A stretch of DNA of 64,000 nucleotides from Bugula neritina. Lineage: Eukaryota > Animalia > Bryozoa. Positions within the stretch are counted from its first letter, which is position 1. Every line of letters begins with the position of its first letter. The stretch is from positions 16,358,722 to 16,422,721 of the forward strand of contig OZ037766.1 of assembly GCA_964035545.1 (NCBI GenBank), given 5' to 3'. The notes beneath the pieces are model-generated. The model worked only from the letters and a program-made list of their open reading frames with translations, ran no database searches and had not been told where the DNA came from. Position numbers and translations under genes: made by a program. This document shows, in pieces, positions 25,256 through 38,100 of this stretch.

Positions 25256-26136
25256 GGCTTCTGTCCCTTAGGGCAGTGCCTTCTCATATGTCCTGACATC
25301 CCGCACCCCCAACAGGTGGGCAGAGGGGGGCGGACAGGGTTGTCCCGCGGTCGGGGAGCCCGCCTGTTCGTCTGGTTGCGCTGCAACTCCGTCACCGTAG
25401 CCTGCAGGCCTTTCATCATGCTCATCAGCATGTTGAGCTGCGTCTGCTCGGGCGACGGAGTGGCTGCTGCTGCTACCTGCGGGGTTGAGGGTGGGGGTGC
25501 CTCTTCTTCATCTCGGGTCACCTGGCGAGCTGTGTAGTTCGCCCTCCGTGGTTCTTCCACTTGGAAGTAGGCCTTCTCCATCTCCAGTGCCTCTTCCAGG
25601 CTCTTGACCTTGGCGGCCAGCCAGTACCGCTGTAGGTCTGGGTGGTTCACGCTCCGGAAGAACGCGTTATAAACGAGGCGCTTCCGGTCGTCGCCAGTGG
25701 CGTGACCGAAAGCAGCCTGAGCCAGGCGCTCTACCTCGTTAGCGTGATCTCCCAGAGGTGTTCTTCGGTCTCTCCTCATTACTTGTAGTTGGTCTGACGC
25801 CTCTTCAGCCGTCAGACCGAACCGGGCCCTAAAAGCCCGCATGATGTGAGCTTCATCGAGTCCCAGCGCGAAGTTCTTGGCCCGGCCTGTCAAACAGGCC
25901 CGGAGCTGGAGGATGCGCACCCGTGCTGGCCATTCAGTGATGGTGGCCACATCCTCGAACTCCCTGATGAACTGTTCCACGTCTCCTTCTCCTCCGAAAT
26001 TCGGGGGCTGGAGGCGATACCTGTCACCAGGTGATGCCTGACCTTGCCCCCGCAATCCCTGGAGGGCTGTGACCAACGCCTCAACAGTGAGAGCTGGTGT
26101 CTTTGCTGCCTCAGGGGTCGAGTCCCCTGAGGCCAT
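25231..26136 (-). CDS. gag: Gag polyprotein, 301 aa, C-terminal CCHC zinc knuckle
   Basis: Uninterrupted ATG-TGA ORF; PPNFGGEGDVEQFIREFE, LRACLTGRAK, CWGCGMSGHMRRHC. Confidence 0.93.
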   Translation of the reverse strand: MASGDSTPEAAKTPALTVEALVTALQGLRGQGQASPGDRYRLQPPNFGGEGDVEQFIREFEDVATITEWPARVRILQLRACLTGRAKNFALGLDEAHIMRAFRARFGLTAEEASDQLQVMRRDRRTPLGDHANEVERLAQAAFGHATGDDRKRLVYNAFFRSVNHPDLQRYWLAAKVKSLEEALEMEKAYFQVEEPRRANYTARQVTRDEEEAPPPSTPQVAAAATPSPEQTQLNMLMSMMKGLQATVTELQRNQTNRRAPRPRDNPVRPPLPTCWGCGMSGHMRRHCPKGQKPLNTRGSR

Positions 26137-26167
26137 CTTATTTCTCTCAGCAACTAGCTATTCGTAT

Positions 26168-26186
26168 AATCCCACCGCTGCCACCA
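26168..26186 (-). promoter_or_regulatory. Primer-binding site complementary to the tRNA-Leu 3' end
   Basis: Minus strand TGGTGGCAGCGGTGGGATT, 1 nt inside the 5' LTR; complement of ...AATCCCACCGCTGCCA-CCA. Confidence 0.88.
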
Positions 26187-26187
26187 A

Positions 26188-26574
26188 TGTGATAGTTTTG
26201 TGGGTTATGAATGCAACTAGTGCCTTACATACTTGTTACAAAGAACAAGGCGAGAAATAAGGTAGAAGATAAGGTAGCTTTATTGTAGTCGAATGATCCA
26301 GTAGTCCGTATCCAGCAAGCTCCAGTAGTAGACTGAATCTACACTGAAACTCGCTGGCTTTTATATACACGCAGGACAAAGACATTCCTTTGTTGCCGGG
26401 ATCGAAGGCCCGAAATGCCGAATATCGCCACTTCGGGAATCCGAAATGCCGAATTGGCATCTCGGCACTTCGGTAGTCCGATACGCCGAAAATCGGCATA
26501 TCGGTGTTTCGGAGGACCGAAGTGCCGATCTTGGCAACCAAGGACACACACACACACAACATAAATCTACCACA
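26188..26574 (-). repeat. 5' LTR (387 bp)
   Basis: Direct repeat of 23492-23876, adjacent to the PBS. Confidence 0.95.
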
Positions 26575-27859
26575 ATATGTAGGTCTAGTAATCAAGTTAA
26601 ATTATAATATTCATTAGCTAGAAAACTTTTGACAACAATATCTTAAATTATTGAAGAGTGAATTTTTCTGCTTTTAAGAAAGTAAAATTATAGTTTGAAA
26701 TGCCTGCATAATATTAAATGCGCAACCAGGAGTTGGAAATTGTCTTCTTTTTAACTCACAAGTTTCGAAACATCTTGACTACTTTTGTAAGTTTCCGAGC
26801 ACAGGTTTAAGTAGAGGAAGGCTGCAGACTGTGATTAGTGAGCACCATTTGTGGTCAAGGTTATTTACCATACCTCCGCCATAATTTCCCATTGCATGCA
26901 CTCTATATCTGCTGTACGTGAAATATAAGTTTGGCACAAAGTTGGTGATACAAGCCTTATGAAATGTCAAACACCAAAGCACTCTAGTCATTCTAGCCAT
27001 TGTTATTATTCATCCCGATAGCTTCTCCAATAATAGCAGTTGTCTGACTCAGCTGTGTAATTTTCTTCCTGCAGGTCTATTTGTAGAGTGTAAAGTTTAA
27101 TACCAATTAGTTTAATTGAAAATGAGTAGGGCTATACTGTGTATCAATATAATAAGTTTTTTTGTAAAACCCTCAACAATAACTTGTGATCTTGCAATTT
27201 TTATGGTTGAGATTTAAAATGTGTGGGCTGAATTAACTCAACAGCTCTGATATTTGGTTGAGTTTGTCCTAAAATTAATTGAAAGTGCAGCCTGAAATAA
27301 AAAGACAAATTCAAATGTTTTGCAAGAAAGTGATTTAGCAAAGAAGTACTTCACTGTTCATATCTGGTATCCTACTTTGTTTTGCGTTTTTAGGGTACAC
27401 TTTCACCCTTTTCTGTAGTCTCTGAACATTACATTAAGTAACATACAACATCTTTAAGGACCACCTTTAGTTACTTTTTAATAGCAGCTCTAGTACGCAG
27501 AAACTATGTTAGAGTTATCCCGCTTACACTACAAAATGACTTTCATGGTTTCAGCTACATGCACGCTTTCGGTTTAAGATAGAGTTGTTACCCCTTTCGT
27601 TTACATTTTTCTTATCTTTCAGACCTTAAGCTATGGCTATTTCACATTTGCAGACTATGTCATGACCGTCATAATTATCGGTGTAAATGTTAATTTAAGA
27701 AAGCGTGAATTTCTTAAAAATTATTTTAATAGATTTTCTTTTTATTTTTTCTCTATAGATTGTGTTTATAACTTTATAAAATAAAAATTACACCGCGAAA
27801 TTCTTATGATAAGAATTAATTTTGCGTTCAACCTCATTACATTTGCCTAACCCTGACCT

Positions 27860-29400
27860 GTGACTGTAATACTAGTTGATGCTCACTCACTCTCAGTCTC
27901 AGTTTCAGCTCAGTCAGACTGAGACTCAGTGTCACCCACAGTCTCAGTCACACTCAGTGACTCACACTGACTCTAAAACTCACTGACTGAGACTCAGACT
28001 GTGACACTCACAGTCACATTGACTGACTGGGAGTGAGTCTGACATTCACAGTGACGGTATCGCTCAGCCTGGCCTTGAGACTGAGACTCCTGAGACTGAG
28101 TCTTGATCATGATGGATTTCGATATATTTATAATTTATAGTTATACTTCATCACTAATAGTAATATTAATACTATTTTTTTGGTAAATGTAATACTAATA
28201 GTAACTGATACACTTGAGTGATAATAATAATCATCATAATGATATTATGATAATGATAGTCACGCTTACGCTCGTAGTCGTACCCATACTAATACTCACA
28301 CTGATAGTGATAGTTATACTTATACAGTATAACTTATAGTCATAGTGATGCTCATACTAATACTTGTGTCTTTGTGATATATTAACTTTTAGAATAAGAT
28401 TATGATAGTTCGCTGTCAGCCACAGTGATACTGATACTTATACTGATAGTGATAGTAATAGTGGTGATAATCATCATAATCGCTTTATCATAATGGTTAT
28501 ACTCATGCTTATGCTGATATTGATAATCATAGTGATATTCATGACATTCACATTGACTGTCTCATTATTCATGACTCATGGGTAATCATATAATGATGAG
28601 GATTGTCATAACTCACTAGTACGAGTTCTAATTGTAATTAAATTTAATACACAATTAAAAGTATAATTTTACTATAATTATTTTGATATTGGTTGTGATC
28701 TATGTATTTATCAAATTCAATATCAAAATTCAGTGCGATGTTGACCGTTATTATTTATGTTAATAATTAAATGCAAATATCAGTGACAATATTAATTACT
28801 ATAACAACTAATGAGGGATATCAATAATTATTAGTATTAACTGGTAGCTTAGCATATAAAATATAATAATAATTTAGTATAAGTATTTTAATTTAGAATA
28901 ATTGTAAGATAAAAACTAGGAGTCTTTCCCTGAAGTTCAAGATCATAACTTACCTAAATCTAACATATAAGATTAACTATAAGTATAACCAATCAACCGT
29001 AAATATTATTATTTGATTTCATATTATGTATTTATATTATTATAATTTCCATCACAAAAATTTTGACCAAGTAGTTATACTTAGGTCTTAGAGTAAGTTG
29101 TTAGGTAAGTATAAGTAGGCCTAATGGCTATTATAATCAGACTTGGTACTGTTTTTAATCTTTAACTTTGACTTCAAATTATAAGTTGAAGCTAAATATC
29201 TTAGTTATTATTCAATTTGAAGTTCTGTTTTCAGTTTTGATAGAGCTAAAACTCAATTTGGAATTTGGATGCTTGTAAATTAAACATTAAATGTCATTAA
29301 TCGAAACCATATGTAATACTAGATGTGATTGGTTTAGGTTGAAGTTTTTTCCTAATTATTTAACTGAGTTTAACTTTTACTAGTACAATGATTTAGCAAA
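27860..29400. repeat. TNA-phased hexamer mosaic upstream of MRPL39 (presumed promoter / 5' UTR exon)
   Basis: tca-gtc-tca-gtt-tca, tga-gac-tca, tga-tag-tga-tag-tta-tac-tta-tac and similar runs; donor AG|GTAAGT at 29104/29105 and acceptor ttgcag at 29827 before the MRPL39 ATG. Confidence 0.75.
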
Positions 29401-29869
29401 AGTTATCATAATTACTATTTTTGTAGGTAAATTACTGAAAAAATAAAAGCATATTGACATTGATGCTATTCAAAAACTTTATTCAGATGGTTTTAGTCTC
29501 ACGATTCTTGTAATTATGGAGTTATTTTAATTTTAATAGCTGGAATTACTTTTAATCTATTTATTGATATCTCTTTATTCTTTGTTGATGATTGATTTAA
29601 ATTAAATTTTCAAATCTGTGATTAACTTAAAGAATTAATAAACTAAAATGAAATGACACTGCAACTGTTAAGGATTCTCACGAATACTAAATCTCTAAGC
29701 CCTTTTGGATTACTGCATTAGTTACCTGTTTAAACCAGCCAACTGTCTAGTTGGCTAGTTTATCACTCTTATATATCTCATTTAATTTTCTACCCATCGT
29801 TTTTCAATATTAAAATTTGAATTGCAGTGAACATCAGAAGTGAAGTTAAATCTGAAAAGTTCAATCAAG

Positions 29870-32800
29870 ATGCTTGCTGAATATTTGACTCAAAAAGGTA
29901 AAAATAACTTTACATTTATTTCAATAGCTTCAAGTTTATGTATTGCTGCAGCCTTGTTTATGCGAGAAAAGTTTTGTATGATACTTTTATCTCAACAGAT
30001 GTTTAGCAGTGTTAGTAATAACAGCAAATGACTATAGCTAACTGATTTTACTTGGTTCATATTATAAGGCCATCAAGTTGTTATAATCAAGTTTTCATGA
30101 TTCTTCATGGTTGGATGTATTTTTTTATGCAGTTTGGTGTCATAGACTGCAGTCAACTCCTGAAATAGCTAGAAAGCTGTACCATGCTGCAAGTGATATC
30201 TTCATTGCTGAGAGACAGCGCCAGTTGTCTCTAACCAAGAGAGTTGAAAAGGTCACTGTCTTATGTCATGGTGTCAGGGATTCAGCCAATCCAGTTAAAC
30301 TGTTTATGAATAAAAATCTATCGACACCGTATTCATGTACCAGGCGTAAGTGGATCTAGTTTTATTAATAGTGATACATTCAAACAGTGCATTCTGAAAG
30401 TGCTCTCAAATGTTTTATATTCTAATAATGCAATTGATGTAATCTACTATTTACCTGTAGAAAAATACTTATTTATTAACTAGAACTTTGGATTAGTTTA
30501 GTATACAATTATTTCTGCGACATTATCTGCTAGCCATTCAATTAGCTAATAATGATGTATATAGATAAATCAGGTGAACAATTTCTGTTTTAGATCTGGG
30601 AGAGCCATATATCAAACAGGCTGCCATTTCTTTAGTTAATGGTAAACCGCATCATATGCATGAACCGTTGACTGAGGATTGTGAAATTGAATTTCTTCAC
30701 TTTAAACAAGATGACCCATCAATAGTAAACAAGGTAATTTTCTTTTTTCAATAATATTGTTTTCAAAAATGTGATTGATGTTTTTTGCACATATTTCTTT
30801 GGCAAATATTTGACCCCACTTGCACTTTTTATAGGCTTTCTGGAGAAGTTGTTCCTTTGTGCTAGGAAGTGTGTTGGACATAGTGTTCAAGCAGGAGCAT
30901 GGCGTGTGCTTGTGTGAATCTCGAGATTTCCCCAGTGAGTATGCCATGTGTTGGTTCTCTTTACATAGTATCTCTGTTTATGTCTCTGCTTCTTCCTGTT
31001 TACGTAGAAACATCATGATATAAGGCTTCTTCGCATTAAATAAGTTTCTAAAACATTTTCTGAAAATTGTTTCAAGTCTATATCCATGATTAATTGTCAG
31101 CCTTCTTTTTTTACTTTTACATACCAATCTTATTATTGAAAGTTATGTAAAGGTTTTCTTCAACAGTTTTTTTCCATGTCATACATTAAGTACATCATAC
31201 AAACAAATTACATTTTGCGAGCACTGCGATATATTGTACGATGTATTCGTAGTATGACAACTGTTTACTAATTTTTCGCCGATCATGTTTAAATATTTGT
31301 TTTATTTTATATTAAAAACTGGAATGTAATTGGGTGTCATCTATCTGCAAACTTGTAAGGTTATTTAACAAAGTGACACTACTGACAAACTGGGAAAATT
31401 AACATGTTGAAAACATGATGGCAACAGTTTTACCACTGTAGAGTCTGTGAATTAATATTATACTGTGTGTTGTAGTTGAAAGTGGAAGTTTTGCGTATGA
31501 CTTTAAGGCAAAGCTAGGAAACTGGCAGCCAACTCAGGTGATGGTTTTATAGTATGCTAATAGTATGCTTATAGTATGCTAGTTTAATCTACTGCATCCA
31601 AACTGATTTAATTCCTTATTGTGGTTTGAGATTTATCTACTCTTGGTCTTAGACTTGTAGCAGTATTTTAATATTGTTCTTTTACAACAGCTTATTTTCA
31701 ATAGACTTATAGTATTAAATAGTAACATAATTATACTAGGGGGTAGAAGTCTACCAATAATAGTTGTGACTTGGTAATAAAAGTATATGTAAATTGCATC
31801 AACAAGAGCAAGACAATAATATTATTTCAACAGTTTTTAAATTAATACAAATTTTTATTCAACTGCAATTGTTGCAGCCCAGGTTTATTAATTATCAAGA
31901 CGCGAGTCTGTTTTGTTTCTGTGATATAGAGTATATGTCTATGTGCACACAATTCCTAATTATTTCTCTCAATAGATGGAGTTACAGATTATGTCGCAGG
32001 CAATCAAGAAGTTTTCTTATGGAAATGGAAGACATGCCTTCATTCAGCCTTTAACTACTAGCATAGAAAAGGCTAAGGAGATTTTCCACAGTAGCAGGTT
32101 TGTCAGCTGAGCTCATGTGAAAATATATGAGTACAATTGCAGATTATTTTTAAGTTTTACCCACCAAAGTGATGTTCGTATTTCATTCTTCAATAATAGT
32201 AGCAAGACCATGTGTTATTTGATAGAGCAGATGTACTACAATTTGTCTGCGATTAGTAGAAATAGTGATGTTACATGAGCTTTTCTGGTTGATTACTCTA
32301 ATTTATCTATTGCTACTCCTAATTGCATATGGTAAGCGTTCAAAATAAATATACAACTTTTACTTGTAATGCATTTAAAATCTGAAAACATATCTCTAGA
32401 ATCAAGTAAAGCAAAGTCCATGTGTAAATTAAGTTGATTTTGACTAGATAATTTGGAAATCGGTGTTGAAGGAGTTAATTTCCTAAATCTTAAAACTCCT
32501 AACAAATTTTTGGCTTCAAGTTCCATTTGATAAGTATAGTAAATACTAATTGCTTCATGAGTATGTATTTAAAATGAAGACTAGCTGGTGTGCTTGCAGA
32601 CATAAGTTGGCTCAGCTTGAGCGGTTGAGTGCTACTCAGGACACAGCTAGCCTATATCAGATGGCCAGGCACGTAGATATCATTGATGGACCTCTTATTT
32701 CAAATATTGGACACATTGGCCGTTTCACTATCGCAGCGGTTTGTATTACTAATAAATACTACATTATATACTACTACTTTGCCCTATTTTAAGCTGCAGG

Positions 32801-33945
32801 TGGTTTATTGTAACACCTACAATCTGTGTTAGTTGTTCACTTTTTGTTGTTGCTGTCTTTCTTAAATAGACGTATTTATTGTCAATAAAATCTTATTTCA
32901 CCCATGAGAATTCTTATGCAAATGACTAGACAAAGCTCGAGACTAATTAACTGCCATCAATTCGATTGGCTTCACTAATGCAGTAGTATTTAAAAATCGG
33001 CACAAAATGAAAGCATGATTGATTTGCATGACATTTTTAATAGCTTTGAAAACAATTCTTGGTTGTTTGTTGTTTGTATGTACATCTTTCAAGCAAACAA
33101 CTATTTTTGCTCAAATAGCTTTCGAAAACTTTCTATGCAGAAAATTAGTTGTATTCAGTTCTATATGGTCAGCCTTGTAAGTGTTCCTCTTTCAGATACA
33201 CAAGCTGAAGGAGGAGGGAGATGGAGTGTGTCTGTATAGAGCTCAGGGTGTGGCTTTGCCAGCTCCTATCACAGTAAGTTGCTCAGCTGTTACAACTTGA
33301 TACTATAATAATACAGCACACTGTAGAAGGGCAGTTTACCATTATAATAGCTTGTAGTTTATATAATGGTAGTTTCACATGCAAGGTATACTTTCTCTAC
33401 TTATATCTATGGTTACTAGTTTCATATATTAGTGTCTAGATATGTTTGTTGATATAATTACATTTGTCGTATTGAATTAATTTTATTCCCTCATCATAAT
33501 ATTTATGGAAGTGCTGAATCAGTATTGTTGTTAATGATATTGAAATTTGGTGGGCAAGTAAGCTGTCTCATTTCAATAGCTGTTTTCACCTGTGATCAGT
33601 TTTAATTGTACCAAAGAGCAGATAACTAACTTATGCTCTATTTTTAGATGCACTCCTGGACATACCAATCTCTCGTTGCAAATGCTACTCCTTTGGTAAG
33701 CCTTTCCCAATGTGTACTAATATAACACCATACCCTGCATAAAACACAAATCAAGTTTCCTATTTTATTATCTTTTTAGTGTTGAAAATAACTTTTTAGT
33801 TGAAAAAATCATTTCAACATGTTGTTTTAAGCAAGGTTATGGGGTATAAACATTCATAATGTGTGTTTAGAATGAATCAGAAGAAATTGTTGAAGAATCT
33901 AGTGAAGATGGTGAAGAAAAGCCGTCATTGGAAAGTCATCAATAA
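29870..33945 (+). CDS. MRPL39: Mitochondrial ribosomal protein L39 (mL39), about 334 aa, 10 coding exons (29870-29897, 30133-30345, 30594-30733, 30835-30934, 31476-31537, 31976-32097, 32600-32738, 33196-33273, 33648-33695, 33871-33945)
   Basis: All GT-AG and phase-consistent; RQLSLTKRVEK, MNKNLSTPYSC, VNKAFWRSCSFVLG, SGSFAYDF, DGPLISN and YRAQGVALP match MRPL39. The first exon is the least certain. Confidence 0.93.
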
Positions 33946-35115
33946 TTCTTAACCTACAAAATTTTCTTCGTACCTTTCTAAACTGCATCGAAAAGGCCAG
34001 TCAGATTGCAGTTGGTTGCTTTAATTTGCAGCAAAGCTGCAGCGTACTATATTGTCTTGGGAATTTCTTTGCATTATTTTTAACGTTTTTGCAATTTTGA
34101 TGTCAATAATTCGATTTTGTGTAAGTTTGTTAGCAAATATCTCTGTAAATATGAATTTAATATCTTTATAAGTACAACATTTTATTTTTTTGTAAAAAGG
34201 CATTATGGTTTGAGTGTGTGTAGCTGATATTTCTCAAATGATGATTCGCCTGCTGTTGATGACAAGACATTGTTTAAATTTAGCCTCTAAACTTGATCAG
34301 TTATTTGCTAACTTTTGTGTTAATTATTATAGTGATTTCTAGCTGCACTCGGAACAGTAACTAGTCAGGACTTTCTCCTATCTAGTGGTGCATTGGGTTC
34401 GTGGATGCATTTGCAATTGTATAAACTAAAGTTATACTTAGTTATAGTCACTTTATATTACATTTACATATTTTCATCCAATAATTTGCATTATAATTAC
34501 ATATGTCATAATTATTGGGTATTGTGAATAAAAATAGTGATTAATTTTAGTTTATCTATTATTTTCACAAAAGTCTCATTAGGCCCCAAGTCTTTGGAAA
34601 TACAGAAAATGCTGCTTTTACCAGCTTGCAACTGGATTATTTTATGCAACATAACAATTGCCTTGCTAACACCTATTACCTGTGGAAACCAGTATACCTA
34701 TTGCATTTCCACTCCACTGTTTTGAAATGTTGCATTTGTAATGAAAAATTTATCAATCATTTCTGTATTTCATCAGTGGAGCCATACTCTGAAAATAATT
34801 TATAGCATGTGAAATGCAAATAATTATATCACAGCGCGTCAAGAAAAAAAAAGACAAGTGCTTGCTTACATGCTGTAGGCCTATATAACTATTGAAAGTT
34901 TAAATTCATTTCATAAAAAATGATCAGCATTTAACTTAATGCAGTACTGTTTCTACAATAAATAAAATACAAATATATTATGAAAAAATAGATAATGGTT
35001 TTAAAAAAATATATCAGTATTTTTTTAGATTTGTGTTGATAATATTAAGAATGATGAGATAAAACTTTAAGACAGACTTATAAGAATATTGCGCCACCAT
35101 ATAAATCAATATACT

Positions 35116-38100
35116 TTACACAATATCTTTATTTACCCTGCATTTCTTAGAAAAAGATGTTATGTTGTCATTAGATGTAAATGTTGGAACAGATAGTCTG
35201 TTAGTTGTTGCAGAATTTACTGGAAGTTGTAGCATATGATTAGCATTCTTGTCCGTTAGAGATGGAGAGTGGGCGCTAACTGCTTCAGTATTAGAGCAGC
35301 TGTGAGATTCTGACTTCATTCTAGAAAGTTCTATTGAGCTTTTTGACCGGCGGGGACCAGCTGGAAGAACTACAGGGGCCAACAAGTGGTGAAGATTACT
35401 CCGTATTCTCGGCACTTGTGGCTTGCTATAAATAGAATCGAGAGCCTTGTCAAGAAGAAGAATTCAAATTCTCTTTTGACAATGCGTTACAACTCACTCG
35501 TTTTACTGTGCAGTGAATTAAAAATACACCATTTGTGGTAAATCACTCTCCTAGTTCACACACAACATGGACAGGACAGAAAAAATTGAAAATACCCGTT
35601 ATCTGGATTAACACGAAGGCATAATATCTTACCAGGTTTTCGGCTCAAAAAAAAAATTCATAGCACTAATTAGAGAACTTAGCCTATTGGAATTTCTGTT
35701 ATATTGTATGTGAAGGCTAAATTTTTCCACAAGTTGTAAAATAGGTTATGTTGATTAATTATTGTATATCAATTTCATTTGTGAATAAACCAACTACTCA
35801 ATAATATACCAAGTACCTGGTATGACCTGACGTGGTCTCTTTTACTCTTCTCGGAGATGATATGTAGCTATTTGGTCTGAACAGCTGACGGTGTCTATCT
35901 GAGTCTGTGGTGAAAAAACTTTTCACTGCTGTGAGAAACTGGTTATTGCTGGAGATGTTCTCATCTCCATCTGCATTCTCCTCATCGTCAGATATCGATT
36001 CAGGATCCACCTTTAAAATGTCGTATGACTGAGAATGTTGCAACAGCTCTGCAGATGAGTTTGTGCTAGGTTGTGTAGCAATGACTACTTACCAACTGCT
36101 AGGCTGATTTATTAAGTTACTAGCTATCAAGCCTAAACTTACATATTTACAACTTTGCTATTCAAAGAAAAATCAAATCATAGCAGTATTCTATAGTTTG
36201 GTATATTGGTAAGTTTATGCTAGACACTAAAATTAAAAATGTTTCAAAAATTCAGTTTTCATTGAGCCGATCAACCATAATTTAAAAATGTGTATTGTTT
36301 TCTGCTTATGGTTAAATTTTAAGTTCTGCTATTAAACCAAATCATGTTTTGTTTACCTTAGCTTTTGGATTTCGAAGTTGGTTTATTTTACTAGTTAGTT
36401 TTATGTAACTGTTATTTAGCTTTAACTTGAACCACTCCCTAATGTTCTGTAACTCTGGTTGGTTATACAGCAGTGTATGCTAGAAACTACCAAAATATTT
36501 GCATCAAAAGCACGTGGCCTTGTAGTAAATGCAAAGCCAGTAAATGACATCTTTTTAGAATTTTGGTTTGTGCTTGACCTTACTAGAACAAGATGTGAAG
36601 ACTCATGCTAACAAACCTCATCACCAACAACCATCAAGGCAAAAGAAGAACTTGAATATTTCAGACTACAAGGCTGCAGTATTTGAAAATGTATTACCTT
36701 GTTTTGCCATATTTCCTGAGGATGAATTTACCATTTCATTTGTCTTCAAGCGTTTGTTGAAACTAAGCAGATTACAAAGTTTATATTATAGCTCTTAAAC
36801 CTGCTAAATTAAATAGTTTCAGCCTCACAATATAATTATAATAATTCACAAATAAATTGAAAAGTAAAAAATAAAGATAATTGTTAGAGTAGAATTAAGA
36901 CTCTTTGTACAGACAGACCTGCATTGCTCTTTGTATTCCATTCACGTCATCAAGAAGACTCTCTCTTGAAGTCACCATCGAAGGGTCTTTGCCCAAATGT
37001 CTCAATCTCTGAGCTGCTATAGTCTCTAAAGTTCTTCTCATGAGAGGATAACTCATTAGTATAGAGTCAAAGTCTTCCTTTGACAAGGAAAATAAGTTGC
37101 AGTATGTGGTTGCCCTCACTGTGGCCATTCTCATTTGGTTAGACAGTAGGCTAATTTCTTGAAAACAAAGAAAAATGTAATTCAACTTTATTATAACATG
37201 ACTTTCAACAAAGTGGAAAATGAAGCTGATGTATTATGTATGATTAGGAAATATTTTATATTAGAGGAATAAATTGAGTGCTGTGATTCCTACCACCGAA
37301 GTATGAACCATCAGACAACCTGGTCACCACTTTCTCATTGTGTTCATCCACCACTTCAACTAAACCTGAAAATAGTATATTTTTACTACACTGTCTAATA
37401 TAAACCTTACATGCCTACTTGGCAATCAGTAGCTTTTTCATTCACCAAGTTGATAAAGTGAGGTGTTCAAAATAATAAACATATTATGTAGCATTATGAA
37501 GTTATACTAAATCACATTGAATTTACTAGATGTATATTAATTATGAGTAATAAACTTTTCATTGTTCTACATCTGCCGAATGCATCTTAAAATGGACAAC
37601 CTAAAATATCTCTGTGCAAACTTTACGTTGCTCTGAGCCCTAAGGCAACACACAAATATCCTCCTATTTTTAAATACCTGATAATATGTTAAAAAAGGTT
37701 TTTATTACACAAAACATTTAGTCGGTATATTAGAGTATTAAGAGCATAGAATAAAATAACATCTCTGTACCTTCTTGTATGAAAAACATTTTATCCCCTT
37801 TTGTGTTGGCTTTGACTATCAACTCTCCTGGCATATACATCTCATAGTGTAACTTTGTGATCACATCACTCACAAAGTTGGGATCAGCATTCACAAAGAA
37901 CGGGACTGTATGTATTAATGCTTGACAGTTGTGGTATAGAATGTCCTGCAAGTTTACAATATTTCACAATATACTGCCTGCAGTAACTATGTTTTGAAAA
38001 CCTATAACTAGTATGTTTATGTAAATTATTTTTAACTTTAATATATTGTGATGCATGTTTAGACAATATTGTAAATACTGTAACAGGCGTGGGGCATGTG

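Larger units (their letters stand above)
23492..26574 (-). mobile_element. Non-autonomous Gypsy LTR retrotransposon (3083 bp): intact gag, broken protease, no RT/RNase H/integrase
   Basis: Two TG...CA LTRs, 4-bp TSD ATAT (23488-23491 and 26575-26578), tRNA PBS and a purine-rich tract next to the 3' LTR. Confidence 0.97.

Noticed and set aside
26168-26186. tRNA-Leu gene
   Set aside because: Only 19 nt including CCA, adjacent to the LTR: a primer-binding site.
22830-27430. Possible spliced minus-strand gene divergent from MRPL39 (exon-like pieces at 27350-27422, 26872-27077, 23105-23272)
   Set aside because: No phase-consistent open chain or recognisable protein could be built; could be non-coding; needs RNA-seq.
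27454-27629. TTAAGG...CCTTAA-bounded mini-element
   Set aside because: Only 6 bp of terminal symmetry and a single copy; insufficient support.
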